IMG/VR virus record: IMGVR_UViG_3300027673_000001
Location: 18,759-82,758 of that record
Reading direction: 5' to 3' (one strand)
Length of the DNA stretch: 64,000 bases
From: a virus
Taxonomy: Duplodnaviria > Heunggongvirae > Uroviricota > Caudoviricetes
The notes under the pieces were generated by a model. It had not been told where the DNA came from and did not search any database. It saw only the letters and a program-made list of their open reading frames with translations. Shown piece by piece: positions 7,438-16,672 of the stretch; position 1 is the first letter of the stretch, and each line of letters begins with the position of its first letter. Made by a program: the position numbers and the translations under genes.

Positions 7438-8739
7438 TCACATGATATTATTCACGCGCACCTTCCTGTAATACACGTTGGCATCTGTAGTGAGAGCGCC
7501 AGTTACGTTTGCAGCACCTTGGCTGAATGGGTTTGCCACCATGCCATAACGTGTCTGGAAAGCGATCTTTGGCTGGAAGCTGTTAGGATCAACAGCTCTC
7601 ATCATTTGCAGAGGAACGTAAGGAGCGTAGAACAGACCTGCGTCGGTGCTAGAAGCGCCCTTGTAACCCATCACAAAGAATTGTGGGTTAGCGCCGCCGT
7701 TAGCGGTGTATGGGTCGATGTACACTTTGTACTTGCCATTCAACACACCAGCGAAAGTGGTGGATGTGTCGTCAACAGTCAGACCGTTGTTTGCAGCTAG
7801 TGCAGGAGTGTAGTCAAGAACACCAGCCATTTGGAGAGCGGAAGCAACGTCTGCGGAGCAGATGATGAAGTTGCCGCGTCCACGACGGGTCAATTGACCG
7901 ATCACGTTTGCTTCACGTTCGATCTGGAACATCAGACCCTTGAACTTTTCAACGGACCAACGACCGTTGGCGTCCACGTCGAGGTCAAACACACCAGCGG
8001 TAGCGGTAGTACCAGCTACGGCGCCAGGACGAGCAGTTCTGTAAACTGTACGAACAACTTCACGGTTGATTTCTGCGAGGATTTCAGCGGAGAGGATGTT
8101 GGACAGTTCTGCTTCTGCGTCGATGCCATGAATAGCTCTCATGTCCTGAGCAAGCTCAAGAGAGTATTCAGCCTTCAGCTTACGAGTCTTAGCTTCAACA
8201 GCTACTTTCTCGATGCTGAATGCCATCTGTGCGAAGTCAGGGTTAGCACCACCTGTGCCAAGAGCTTCGCCTTCTGGAGTGGTCATACCAGTACCGGAAG
8301 TGGATGTGCCAGCAAAGTCGAATGCGCCGCTGTGTGTACCAACACCAGAGAAGTCAGTGTCAGCTTCGTTGAAGAGAGCTTCAGGTCCGTTTTGGGCGCT
8401 GTAACGGCTCTTCATTGCGAAGATTAGGCCTGTAGGCTGGGTCATTGGCTGAACGCCACAGATGTCATAAGCGATAAGCTTAGGCATAGAACGACGTACC
8501 AGGGAGATCATCACTGGGTCGAACTTAGCTACACCGCCTGCGTCAGGGAAAGTACCCACGCTGTTTGCTGGTGCATCTTCGTTAAGGATTTGGGATGCCT
8601 TGGACATCTCGCGTTGCTGGTTCTCGAGAAGAACAGCAGTAACTTCCTTACGGTATTGGTCTTGAATGGAAGGAAGACCTTCGTGTTCAAGAACTGGTGC
8701 CCACTTTTTAACTAGGGCTTTGCGGTCGATTTGACTCAT
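7438..8739 (-). CDS. gp23: major capsid protein
   Basis: KKWAPVLEH, TAVLLENQ, VQPMTQPTGLIFAMKSRY, FQPKIAFQTRYGMVANPF. Confidence 0.98.
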   Translation of the reverse strand: MSQIDRKALVKKWAPVLEHEGLPSIQDQYRKEVTAVLLENQQREMSKASQILNEDAPANSVGTFPDAGGVAKFDPVMISLVRRSMPKLIAYDICGVQPMTQPTGLIFAMKSRYSAQNGPEALFNEADTDFSGVGTHSGAFDFAGTSTSGTGMTTPEGEALGTGGANPDFAQMAFSIEKVAVEAKTRKLKAEYSLELAQDMRAIHGIDAEAELSNILSAEILAEINREVVRTVYRTARPGAVAGTTATAGVFDLDVDANGRWSVEKFKGLMFQIEREANVIGQLTRRGRGNFIICSADVASALQMAGVLDYTPALAANNGLTVDDTSTTFAGVLNGKYKVYIDPYTANGGANPQFFVMGYKGASSTDAGLFYAPYVPLQMMRAVDPNSFQPKIAFQTRYGMVANPFSQGAANVTGALTTDANVYYRKVRVNNIM

Positions 8740-8766
8740 TTTGTTTTCCTTTTGGGTTGCTTAAAA

Positions 8767-9804
8767 TTAACGAACCAGTGTAGAGATAGCTTGGACGTAC
8801 TTCTTCATTTCTGCAGGTACTTCCTTCTCTTCTTGGATTGTTTCTTCTGTAAGGATGGAAGCAACTTCCTTCTTTACAGTCTTGTTGCTAAAGTAGTTCT
8901 CACGAATAGTCTGCATCTTGCCTGCAAACGATTCAACATCTTCAAATGCGATTTCTTCAGCCAATGCCTTCAGCTTCTCGGATTCAACATCGCTTAGTCC
9001 ATCACAAGCGCTTTCGATGATGTCTGCCTTAGTGCCTTCGGTAAGGGCTTTGTTAAGCTCTACGTTCAGGGCAACAGCTTCATCTAGCTTGCTGGATAGG
9101 TCTGCAATCTTATCTTCCAGGGAGCCAACAACATCAAACTTCTCTTCTGGAACATCAATGTAATGTTGTTCGAAGAGACCTTTGAGACCGCCGACAAAGG
9201 ATTCAAGAATATCGGATTTCATTCCGGACACAAGGGCTACTTCATTATTTTCAATCCACTGCTCAACCATAAGGGTGAGATATCCATCTACGTTTTCAAC
9301 TAGCTCCTCAATTTTTGCTTCGATAGCCTCAGCTACCATAGCCTCGTTTTGGGCTTCAAGAGCCTCGGTAACACGAGCAACCTCAGCTTTGACTCTGCTG
9401 GTTACAGCAGCTTCAAAAATTGTTTCTGCCTTCTGGCGGAATTCTTCAGTCAGGCCGTCTTCTCCGTTGAACAGAGCAGCAACGTCTTCTGACATATCAA
9501 TAGAGTCATCAGCGATGATTTCTTCGTCGGAAACTTCTTCATCTTCCTTCAGCTTGTCTGCGCTTTCAGGAGCAGTAGCACCTTGAGTAGCACGGTTTGG
9601 CTTCTTGGAAGTACCGCCTTCTGCTTCCTTCTGGTCAACCTTCATGTTCTTCTTGTTAGAAGGCTCATCAGAGCTGCTTTGACCACCGTCCAGCTTAGGC
9701 ATGGATTCAGCGCTCACTGCGTCTTTAGTCACGCGGTTTTCTTCCACGGACTTCATCTTACGAGATTCTTCCAGCAAGCTCTGGATAGTTGCCTCAACAG
9801 TCAT
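8767..9804 (-). CDS. gp22: prohead core scaffold protein
   Basis: Acidic coiled coil with FRQKAETIFEAAV, YLTLMVEQWIENNE and FEQHYIDVPEEK; upstream of gp23. Confidence 0.93.
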   Translation of the reverse strand: MTVEATIQSLLEESRKMKSVEENRVTKDAVSAESMPKLDGGQSSSDEPSNKKNMKVDQKEAEGGTSKKPNRATQGATAPESADKLKEDEEVSDEEIIADDSIDMSEDVAALFNGEDGLTEEFRQKAETIFEAAVTSRVKAEVARVTEALEAQNEAMVAEAIEAKIEELVENVDGYLTLMVEQWIENNEVALVSGMKSDILESFVGGLKGLFEQHYIDVPEEKFDVVGSLEDKIADLSSKLDEAVALNVELNKALTEGTKADIIESACDGLSDVESEKLKALAEEIAFEDVESFAGKMQTIRENYFSNKTVKKEVASILTEETIQEEKEVPAEMKKYVQAISTLVR

Positions 9805-9830
9805 TTTTAGACTCCTTAATTTATACCGAT

Positions 9831-9838
9831 TATTTATA
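9831..9838 (-). promoter_or_regulatory. T4-type late promoter TATAAATA (gp22-gp23)
   Basis: Exact T4 late consensus, followed by SD AAGGAG. Confidence 0.85.
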
Positions 9839-9857
9839 CAACTTTTGATTTCAAGTT

Positions 9858-10514
9858 TTACTTGATGGTTCTCAAAAATTCCCCAAACAGTCTGAGCTTT
9901 TGCTCTTGCAATGCCCTTGCGGACATTCTTCTTACTTGCTTTTGCATCTGTTCTGCCAAAGCCCAGTTTCCGGTGGCTGCATCAAACACCCACTCTTTAC
10001 CTTCCATGATTCCTTCAACCCAGCAATCTATGCCGCTAGGGTCGCTAACCAAGTCAATTGTGTTTAGCTTGAAGTCGTCTTCGACAATCTTTACGCCCGT
10101 CTTTTCAGACACGCTTCCCATGCCTCTTGTGGAAACACCAAAGCTAACGCCTTCGTCGATGAGTCCCTTGGCAATTTTACCCATTGGGAGGGAAGTGAGA
10201 ATCTTTGCGCGACCCATTACGTTGTTGCCTTCCCATACGAGCTTCTCAATGAGATGGGAAGCACGCTCTGGGTTTACGTTAGGATGAGGTGGATGGTTCA
10301 GTTCCCCGAGAGCTCTACGAGCTTCAATCATTGGCATGTAATCCCTGACGGCGTTCTCTAGAACCTTCTTGGGGTAGATCCTACCGTTCCTATTTTTAAG
10401 CTCAGCTTGAGCAAAACAACCTTCGATGTAATACTTCTTTTCGCCTTCTGTGGAGCCTTCCGTAAGTACAGAAACGGTGCTCTCAGTTAGCAATGAGTCG
10501 ATGATGAACTTCAT
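9858..10514 (-). CDS. gp21: prohead core protease
   Basis: KNRNGRIYP, ALGELNHP, GVSTRGMGS, DLVSDPS. Confidence 0.96.
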   Translation of the reverse strand: MKFIIDSLLTESTVSVLTEGSTEGEKKYYIEGCFAQAELKNRNGRIYPKKVLENAVRDYMPMIEARRALGELNHPPHPNVNPERASHLIEKLVWEGNNVMGRAKILTSLPMGKIAKGLIDEGVSFGVSTRGMGSVSEKTGVKIVEDDFKLNTIDLVSDPSGIDCWVEGIMEGKEWVFDAATGNWALAEQMQKQVRRMSARALQEQKLRLFGEFLRTIK

Positions 10515-10525
10515 GTTCTGTTTCC

Positions 10526-10936
10526 TTAGACTACGGGTATGTCGCTACCTGTCTCTGCAGGTCTAATTCTGGTTAGGTAGCCAGACTCTTTTCTCAGTTT
10601 TACGATGAGTTGGGTGTTGGAACCCGATGTAGTGATTGTGATGTCCTCGGTGTTTAGAGTAGAATCAGCAACCCCTCCAAAGTTTTGTAGGTCAACCATT
10701 TCTGGCGCATTTGCTAGAAAGTCCCATAGTTCAACGCCGTCTCTAGACAAAGTGGCAGAACCGCCGCCTTTGCCTGCTACTTGCATAGCAAGGATGTTTA
10801 CCTTAGGAGTTCCGGAGATAACTTCGTTTGCGCCAAGGAGATCAGTAGCCAAGGAGAAGGTTACTGAGCCAGCGGTGCCGTCTACCTTGATAACAGCTTC
10901 GGTGTTGGTTAGCTTTAGAATTCTTTTAGTTGCCAT
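10526..10936 (-). CDS. hypothetical beta-rich virion protein in the head operon
   Basis: 136-aa ORF tightly packed before gp21, with SD; no motif recognised. Confidence 0.7.
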   Translation of the reverse strand: MATKRILKLTNTEAVIKVDGTAGSVTFSLATDLLGANEVISGTPKVNILAMQVAGKGGGSATLSRDGVELWDFLANAPEMVDLQNFGGVADSTLNTEDITITTSGSNTQLIVKLRKESGYLTRIRPAETGSDIPVV

Positions 10937-11447
10937 TTGATGCGCCTAGTATTTTATTGACACATGAAACAAAGGTTTCTGTGTTTTCTGTCATGAAAAG
11001 AAGGAAGTCCTTGTTTTCCCTGATCTCTTTCAGATTATTTAGTTGTTCAAAAGATTTGATGTCCAGCATCACTTTTGATCCGTCTCTTAGTATGAAGTCG
11101 ATCTTTCCTGGGATATCCCTCTCTTCGTGTATCCTTGCAGTTAAGATAACACTGTCAGGGAAGAAAACCTTGTTCTCTACGAGGGAGTAGAACATATCAA
11201 CGACAGATTCTGTTACTCTGTATCTGTCTGATTCCTGCAGAGCTACAACAATCTTTTCCTTGGATACTGAGGTATCCTCTTTGAGTAGGTCCTGTATCTC
11301 CTTGGATATCTTCAGCCCCTCAACATATTCTTTAGCTTCCTTGATTCCTTCGAATTCACCAACAAAGGTTTTTCCAGCCACGAGGCTACCATCGCTATCA
11401 TCAAAGCGATAAACTACACCCCCGTCAAGGAAGCTAACTCTTGGCAT
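10926..11447 (-). CDS. hypothetical prohead-core-associated protein (gp68 position)
   Basis: 173-aa ORF coupled to both neighbours; assignment is positional only. Confidence 0.65.
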   Translation of the reverse strand: MPRVSFLDGGVVYRFDDSDGSLVAGKTFVGEFEGIKEAKEYVEGLKISKEIQDLLKEDTSVSKEKIVVALQESDRYRVTESVVDMFYSLVENKVFFPDSVILTARIHEERDIPGKIDFILRDGSKVMLDIKSFEQLNNLKEIRENKDFLLFMTENTETFVSCVNKILGASNGN

Positions 11448-11448
11448 A

Positions 11449-11628
11449 TTACTCCTCAGTTACCTCGTCATCAGATACAAACATCCCCTTGGCGACAACT
11501 GTTCTCATATCGTCTAGGGCGTCAAGGGCTTTACCTGACATAACAGTATTCAGGGCTTCCATGGAAGCGTCTGCATCTCCGTTTGCCATTGCAATCACCA
11601 TATCTCTAATCTGATCTTTCATTTCCAT
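11449..11628 (-). CDS. small acidic prohead core protein (gp67-like); not in ORF track
   Basis: Hand translation, 59 aa: MEMKDQIRDMVIAMANGDADASMEALNTVMSGKALDALDDMRTVVAKGMFVSDDEVTEE. SD AAGGA; fills the gap exactly. Confidence 0.7.
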   Translation of the reverse strand: MEMKDQIRDMVIAMANGDADASMEALNTVMSGKALDALDDMRTVVAKGMFVSDDEVTEE

Positions 11629-11637
11629 AATGTTTCC

Positions 11638-12105
11638 TTATTGAAGAGCTAGGAAGTCTGTCTTTGTTAGTGCCTTCTCGACGGTGGCTTCCTTTGCCAA
11701 CACCGTCGAGTTTTCAATTTCTGCGAGCGTGAGTGAAGGAGCACCACCGCCAGCAAAGAATGCCTGGGCTTGTACTGGCACCGTGTATTGAACACTTACG
11801 TTAAAGGCGCCAAGAGTTTGAACTACAGGAGTTCCACCACCATCAACAAATAGGTTGCCGGTGATTATCAATGTATGGTTTCCTTCAAAGGGCCTAACTC
11901 TCCAACCATTGGAGAGAAAGAAATAGGATGCCACCAACAAACCGCCACCAATGGGGTCACCACCCACAACCCTGAACGCCGGCAGGAACTGTGAGTTATT
12001 TATTGCCCAGTCTTTCCATCTGGAATAGAGCTCCTGGGCAGATATAGAAACCACACCAGGATCTAGTATGATTCTCAAGTTTGTTGGGTCGAAGGAAACG
12101 CTCAT
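11638..12105 (-). CDS. uncharacterised virion/appendage protein (insertion cassette)
   Basis: 155 aa; QELYSRWKDW...FFLSNGW domain; C-terminal ALTKTDFLAL. Confidence 0.75.
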   Translation of the reverse strand: MSVSFDPTNLRIILDPGVVSISAQELYSRWKDWAINNSQFLPAFRVVGGDPIGGGLLVASYFFLSNGWRVRPFEGNHTLIITGNLFVDGGGTPVVQTLGAFNVSVQYTVPVQAQAFFAGGGAPSLTLAEIENSTVLAKEATVEKALTKTDFLALQ

Positions 12106-12108
12106 TGG

Positions 12109-13482
12109 TTATGCGTTCGCGTAGTTTCTTTCCAGAGGAGCAACCAAGCTAATGTTCTGACCAGTAGCTCTAGTAATTGTAGCCTGTGTTGAAACGTATT
12201 GGCCTGTAGTCAACCCAATAGCAACCACAGTAACCGCTGCGTCCGTACCAGAGGTTCTTCCACCTTGAACGTTGCTGTCATAGTTGAAGCTGAAGTTGAT
12301 TGAACCACCAGTGATGTTTCCTGAGATTGGGTTACCTAGAGAGTCGTTTACTAGAACAGCGCCCGCTTCGCCAAAGTCATTACCTGCGCCAGGCAATGTG
12401 GTGAAGTACATTCTGTAGATAGCAGATCCGTCGTTAACCAAGTTTTGGTTGAATGTGATAGTTCCCGCAGCAACGAATGGGAAGTTTCTTGCTACGTTGT
12501 TCTGGTCAGTGAACGTAATCCTGTTGGTGTCGTTGCTGTTGAAGTTGTCAATGTAGACGCCCTGGGATGTGATAAGAGTATCACCAACGAATCTAAGGAG
12601 AGCATCTGCTGTCTTACCAGTAATGGTTCCTGCGCCTTGGTCGATGTCGCCTGTAGATCTAAGGAGTTGTTGTACCTTGGTGTAAATCTGTTCTGCTGTC
12701 TTACCATCACCGTCGATGATGACTCTGAACGGGTAGTTGATACCACCAATGCTTCTGAGTTGATCAACACCGAAGAACGTTACGTCAATGTTTCCGTAGG
12801 TTGCTGGGTCGGCGGCAATGCCTGCGTCGTCTGTAAGAACCTTAAGGTCAGTACCGTTAGCCAGAGGGAAACGATAAACAATGGTTGTCATCTGCGACAC
12901 ACCAATGTCAGTCAAGTTTGCTGCGGCGTAGGTCTTTTGTTGTTCCCTGGCGAAGATTCTGAAGAATCCTCTACGGTCAAAGTTTCCGTTGGCTGCATCA
13001 CCGAAGATTTGAACAGCTTCGTTTACTGCACCTGGGAAGGCAAAGTCTACTGGTGCACCCAGTGCTTCTTGCTGGAAGTAAGGCTGGTCGAGAGCGCCCA
13101 GGTTACCTAGGGATATGATACCGGCGTATTGTCTTAGAACCGTACCTAGGGCGTTTCTCTCAGTCCATCCAGCCGTTCTGATGGCTTTTCTAGTTGTGTC
13201 GTTTGCTGGCGCCCAGCCGTTGATAAATTCAAACTGTTCAGGCGTAATGGCTTCCATTGGGAATGGGAAGCGAATATACGTTGAGTTGTTCTTCCAAAGA
13301 ATCTTTAGAGCAGAATACAGAGCCTGTCCTGTTGCTCCAGAGGATGTCAGGGTAAGGTCGCCTTGACCGGGAACAAGGGCAATGGTCCTGGCTGTGGTGT
13401 CGATAATCATCTCGTCACCAGGAGTTGACGCCAAGTCGCTGTTTCCGGCTAGGAGGAAGGAGGGGTCTGTTATAAGGCTCAT
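12109..13482 (-). CDS. uncharacterised virion/appendage protein (insertion cassette)
   Basis: 457 aa; QALYSALKILW...FEFINGW N-domain; beta-rich; ends LERNYANA. Confidence 0.8.
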   Translation of the reverse strand: MSLITDPSFLLAGNSDLASTPGDEMIIDTTARTIALVPGQGDLTLTSSGATGQALYSALKILWKNNSTYIRFPFPMEAITPEQFEFINGWAPANDTTRKAIRTAGWTERNALGTVLRQYAGIISLGNLGALDQPYFQQEALGAPVDFAFPGAVNEAVQIFGDAANGNFDRRGFFRIFAREQQKTYAAANLTDIGVSQMTTIVYRFPLANGTDLKVLTDDAGIAADPATYGNIDVTFFGVDQLRSIGGINYPFRVIIDGDGKTAEQIYTKVQQLLRSTGDIDQGAGTITGKTADALLRFVGDTLITSQGVYIDNFNSNDTNRITFTDQNNVARNFPFVAAGTITFNQNLVNDGSAIYRMYFTTLPGAGNDFGEAGAVLVNDSLGNPISGNITGGSINFSFNYDSNVQGGRTSGTDAAVTVVAIGLTTGQYVSTQATITRATGQNISLVAPLERNYANA

Positions 13483-13500
13483 TTCGTTATCCTTTTATTG

Positions 13501-13508
13501 TATTTATG
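13501..13508 (-). promoter_or_regulatory. late promoter variant CATAAATA
   Basis: Overlaps the TAA of the 946-aa gene; followed by SD AAGGA and ATG 13482. Confidence 0.65.
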
Positions 13509-16344
13509 AGTTCTCAAAAACCCTGTCAACGTTTTGTTGAACCGTGAAGGTTTGGGGCTGTGACGAATAAGTTAGGAACTGCTTCAGGGGCTGGAAACCG
13601 TTCGCAAAGACGATGAAGTAACCTTGTTGACCTGTGTTATTGTGTGACGTAGAGAACGAAGCGCTGCTTGTTTCTACGCCTGCAAGCTCTATGGACGTCT
13701 CTGGGTCTGTTCCTACGTAGAATCGAACCTCAGACCCAGGTCTCAAGTTTTCCACTGTTAGCGGTATGCCGGGAAGTGGGTATTGTGTGGCTTTGGAAAC
13801 TGCATCTGTTGTTCCGTCTATCCTGATATAGGAGAGAGAGTTGGACGAGTTTGCCACAGTCACAGTAGCTCTCACTCTTAGTTTGAAACCAACAGATGGA
13901 TCTATAGGTCCTATACCGAAAAGGTTAGCACCTGTAAGAGGAAGCCAAGTTCCGTTGAACCCTGTTCCTAGATCGTACTGGAATTCAAAGGAGTGGTTAC
14001 CTGCGTTTGTGGCTGTTATTGTAGGAGCGGTGTTTGCTAGCCTAGTGTACCCCAACGCATAGTATGGCATTTCCCAGGTTACGCTGTTTCCTACGTTCGC
14101 CATAGCTATGTTGCCTGCGGAGGTCCAGCCGGAGCTTCCAGTGAACACAGTAGACACTTGTGAAGCTGTGGATGGGAGAGGCTCGTTACACGAAATCAAT
14201 ATTCTACCTGTGGTGCTACTTGTGAATGCGTCTTCCCAGTGTCTACCATAAACAGAGTTTTGACCAGTAACGGAGTTTGTCCAAGCACATCCTTTTGGGG
14301 TAATGTTCAGAGCTGCTATGGCTTGAGGTTTATAGGAAAGATCCCAGACGTTGTCAAGAACTACGTTTTGAACGGTGTTTGTCAAAGACAGTGCAGATGT
14401 TCTAGTGGTAGTAACATACACTCTTCTCATTGTGATGTCGAGACTCACAGAAGATAGGAGTATGTTTGCCATTGATGTAGCAGGAACTGTGCCTCCGTTG
14501 TATGGGGCAGAAGGGGACCCCACGTTTCTCATTTCTATTCCTTGAGCTCCTAGTGTGCAGGATAGAATTTGGTTGAAGGGGTGAACGTTAACCAAGTCAG
14601 CAAAAGCGCTGAATCCGTCTATCAAAACGTTGTTCGTTGTGCTGTCAATGTTTATGGCTGGCGTACCGTTAGTTCCTGTGGTTAAAGAACCCAATAGGTC
14701 TGCGTACTTGATATTTTGTAGCGTAGCCCTAGTAACCTGTGATAGTGTAATCCTTCCGCCTATCACAGATACGTTGTTTAAGCTAACGTCAAAACACCTC
14801 AAAAGGTTCATTGGTATTGAGTTTGCGTTTGACCTAGTCTGTGCGGAGGTACTACCAAACATTTCAAACTGGCAATTAGATAAACTGACGTTGGCGCAGT
14901 CGGTAACAGACAGAGTAGCGACGCCGTTACCGTCCGAAAACCTAGATCCTCGAGTGTCGGAAACAATAATACCTGTAAACTGGTTAGCAAACTGTAGGGG
15001 AGCAACAGCGTTGTTTCTTGATATACCTACCGCGCAGTTGTTAATGTTCGGAGCAGTGGCGGTGTTGTTGGCTAGTATCTGGAAAAGAGCGCTATCTTCT
15101 ACGTTGACAGAGAAAGCAGCGTCCGTTCCAATGTGGTTTGCTATTGTTCCTTTTCTTATGTTGACCGCGCCCGCCGCCGTAGTGGTCAGATCCCACCTAT
15201 CACCACCAACACCTTCGCTGATTTGACCAGCCCAAGCGTTGCTGTCGTTAGGGCCTTGAGTTGTTGTGCCTACTATTACGTTTGGTATTCTAACCTTACA
15301 CCCAGCTGCGGGAAGAGCTCCGCAGTTATAAGTTCCTCGGTGTGCGAATTCTATGAACCTAGGTATAGTTGTTATAACCCTACCAGTGCCTGTGGCGTTA
15401 CTGTTTGTGGATACTCTAAATTGTGTATCTGAGTCTATAGAAGACACATACAAGTTATCGTTATCTGCGAAACCCCCGGCAAATACAACAGGAGCGCCAA
15501 TTACCATATCTACAGTGGATATACCGGTAACTATGTTTGAACCGGTTGTTGTAGACCCACCAGTCAGTTGTAGATTTTGGCCAAAGTACTTACCTCTGGC
15601 GTCAGTGGGGATAAAAGACAAAGCGGTGGTGTGCCCAGTCTGCCACCTTGAACCTGCATTGAGCCACCATTCATAAACTCCACTACCTGGTGATGTTTCT
15701 ACTTGGACGGCGGGTATTTCTTCTATGAACGGCAAATAGATTTTTTGGTTTGTGGAGCCGTTGGTTTCTCCTATTTCATACCAGTCTCCCTCTATGGAAA
15801 AACTTCCTAGTCTTGGGATTGTTACGGTGGTTGTCCTTGCCCCTACTATTTGTATCCAGCTTCTTTTGCCTGCATTAGTAGCAACTACAGTAGCTCCGTT
15901 TGTGAACTGAAGTGTTTCGCCAGGGAGGAAATCTCCAGTCTTTGATCTTAACTTAAGAATTCCGGTGGGGGCGAAAGACGCCCCAGGCAAGCTCCTAGCT
16001 ATGTTGTTGAGGGTGAAGTCGGAGTTCAGGGCCGTTATAAGTTCGCCCGTAGCGCCTGACGTAAGACCGGTTATGGTATTGGTGCCCAGGTTTCCGAGAG
16101 TTGGCACCACTCCCGTTGGCGAAGTGTATGGTATCTCCCAGACGTTCCTACCATCGAAAAGAACTGTTCCGCCTGTGGATGCGCCAATTGATATGTTGCC
16201 AAGAACTGCTGCGTTTTGGCCCCATCTAACATCACCATCAATTGTTAAGGAACCACCGTTGATGGTGTATTGTTCGCCATTTAGAAGCCCGAGAACAGAA
16301 GGCGAGTCATGGTTGACTGATGTTGTGACTGTTTGGTTTGCCAT
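13504..16344 (-). CDS. large Thr/Ser/Asn/Gly-rich fibre or spike protein with probable beta-helix and C-terminal Ig-like domain
   Basis: 946 aa; repeated beta-strand pattern; C-terminal LTVENLRPGSEVRFY...QQNVDRVFEN. Confidence 0.75.
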   Translation of the reverse strand: MANQTVTTSVNHDSPSVLGLLNGEQYTINGGSLTIDGDVRWGQNAAVLGNISIGASTGGTVLFDGRNVWEIPYTSPTGVVPTLGNLGTNTITGLTSGATGELITALNSDFTLNNIARSLPGASFAPTGILKLRSKTGDFLPGETLQFTNGATVVATNAGKRSWIQIVGARTTTVTIPRLGSFSIEGDWYEIGETNGSTNQKIYLPFIEEIPAVQVETSPGSGVYEWWLNAGSRWQTGHTTALSFIPTDARGKYFGQNLQLTGGSTTTGSNIVTGISTVDMVIGAPVVFAGGFADNDNLYVSSIDSDTQFRVSTNSNATGTGRVITTIPRFIEFAHRGTYNCGALPAAGCKVRIPNVIVGTTTQGPNDSNAWAGQISEGVGGDRWDLTTTAAGAVNIRKGTIANHIGTDAAFSVNVEDSALFQILANNTATAPNINNCAVGISRNNAVAPLQFANQFTGIIVSDTRGSRFSDGNGVATLSVTDCANVSLSNCQFEMFGSTSAQTRSNANSIPMNLLRCFDVSLNNVSVIGGRITLSQVTRATLQNIKYADLLGSLTTGTNGTPAINIDSTTNNVLIDGFSAFADLVNVHPFNQILSCTLGAQGIEMRNVGSPSAPYNGGTVPATSMANILLSSVSLDITMRRVYVTTTRTSALSLTNTVQNVVLDNVWDLSYKPQAIAALNITPKGCAWTNSVTGQNSVYGRHWEDAFTSSTTGRILISCNEPLPSTASQVSTVFTGSSGWTSAGNIAMANVGNSVTWEMPYYALGYTRLANTAPTITATNAGNHSFEFQYDLGTGFNGTWLPLTGANLFGIGPIDPSVGFKLRVRATVTVANSSNSLSYIRIDGTTDAVSKATQYPLPGIPLTVENLRPGSEVRFYVGTDPETSIELAGVETSSASFSTSHNNTGQQGYFIVFANGFQPLKQFLTYSSQPQTFTVQQNVDRVFENS

Positions 16345-16364
16345 TTAGTTCAAACCCCTAAGGT

Positions 16365-16664
16365 TCATTCTGTAAATTCTGTGCTTTTGATTTGCTGTTG
16401 AAGTTTTTCCACTTCTACAGATAGAGAAGTCACAGCCTTGTTTAGCTGTTTGTTTTCATCTGTCAGCCTTCTGAGGTCATTACTCATTATCAGGAATTGT
16501 GAGCTCAGCTCTTTTATCTTTTCTGCAAGCATCTGATTGTCGATTTCGTCTTCTTTGATTTTCTTTCTTAGCTTTCGAGAAGAGGATATCTCTATCAGAA
16601 TGGACAGTGTTGCAAAGAACAAACAAACTGAAAGGATAATGTTGACCCAAAAGACTATTTCCAT
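16365..16664 (-). CDS. N-terminally membrane-anchored coiled-coil protein
   Basis: About 24 hydrophobic residues, then RKLRKK and a heptad-rich region. Confidence 0.7.
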   Translation of the reverse strand: MEIVFWVNIILSVCLFFATLSILIEISSSRKLRKKIKEDEIDNQMLAEKIKELSSQFLIMSNDLRRLTDENKQLNKAVTSLSVEVEKLQQQIKSTEFTE

Positions 16665-16672
16665 GACTAACC

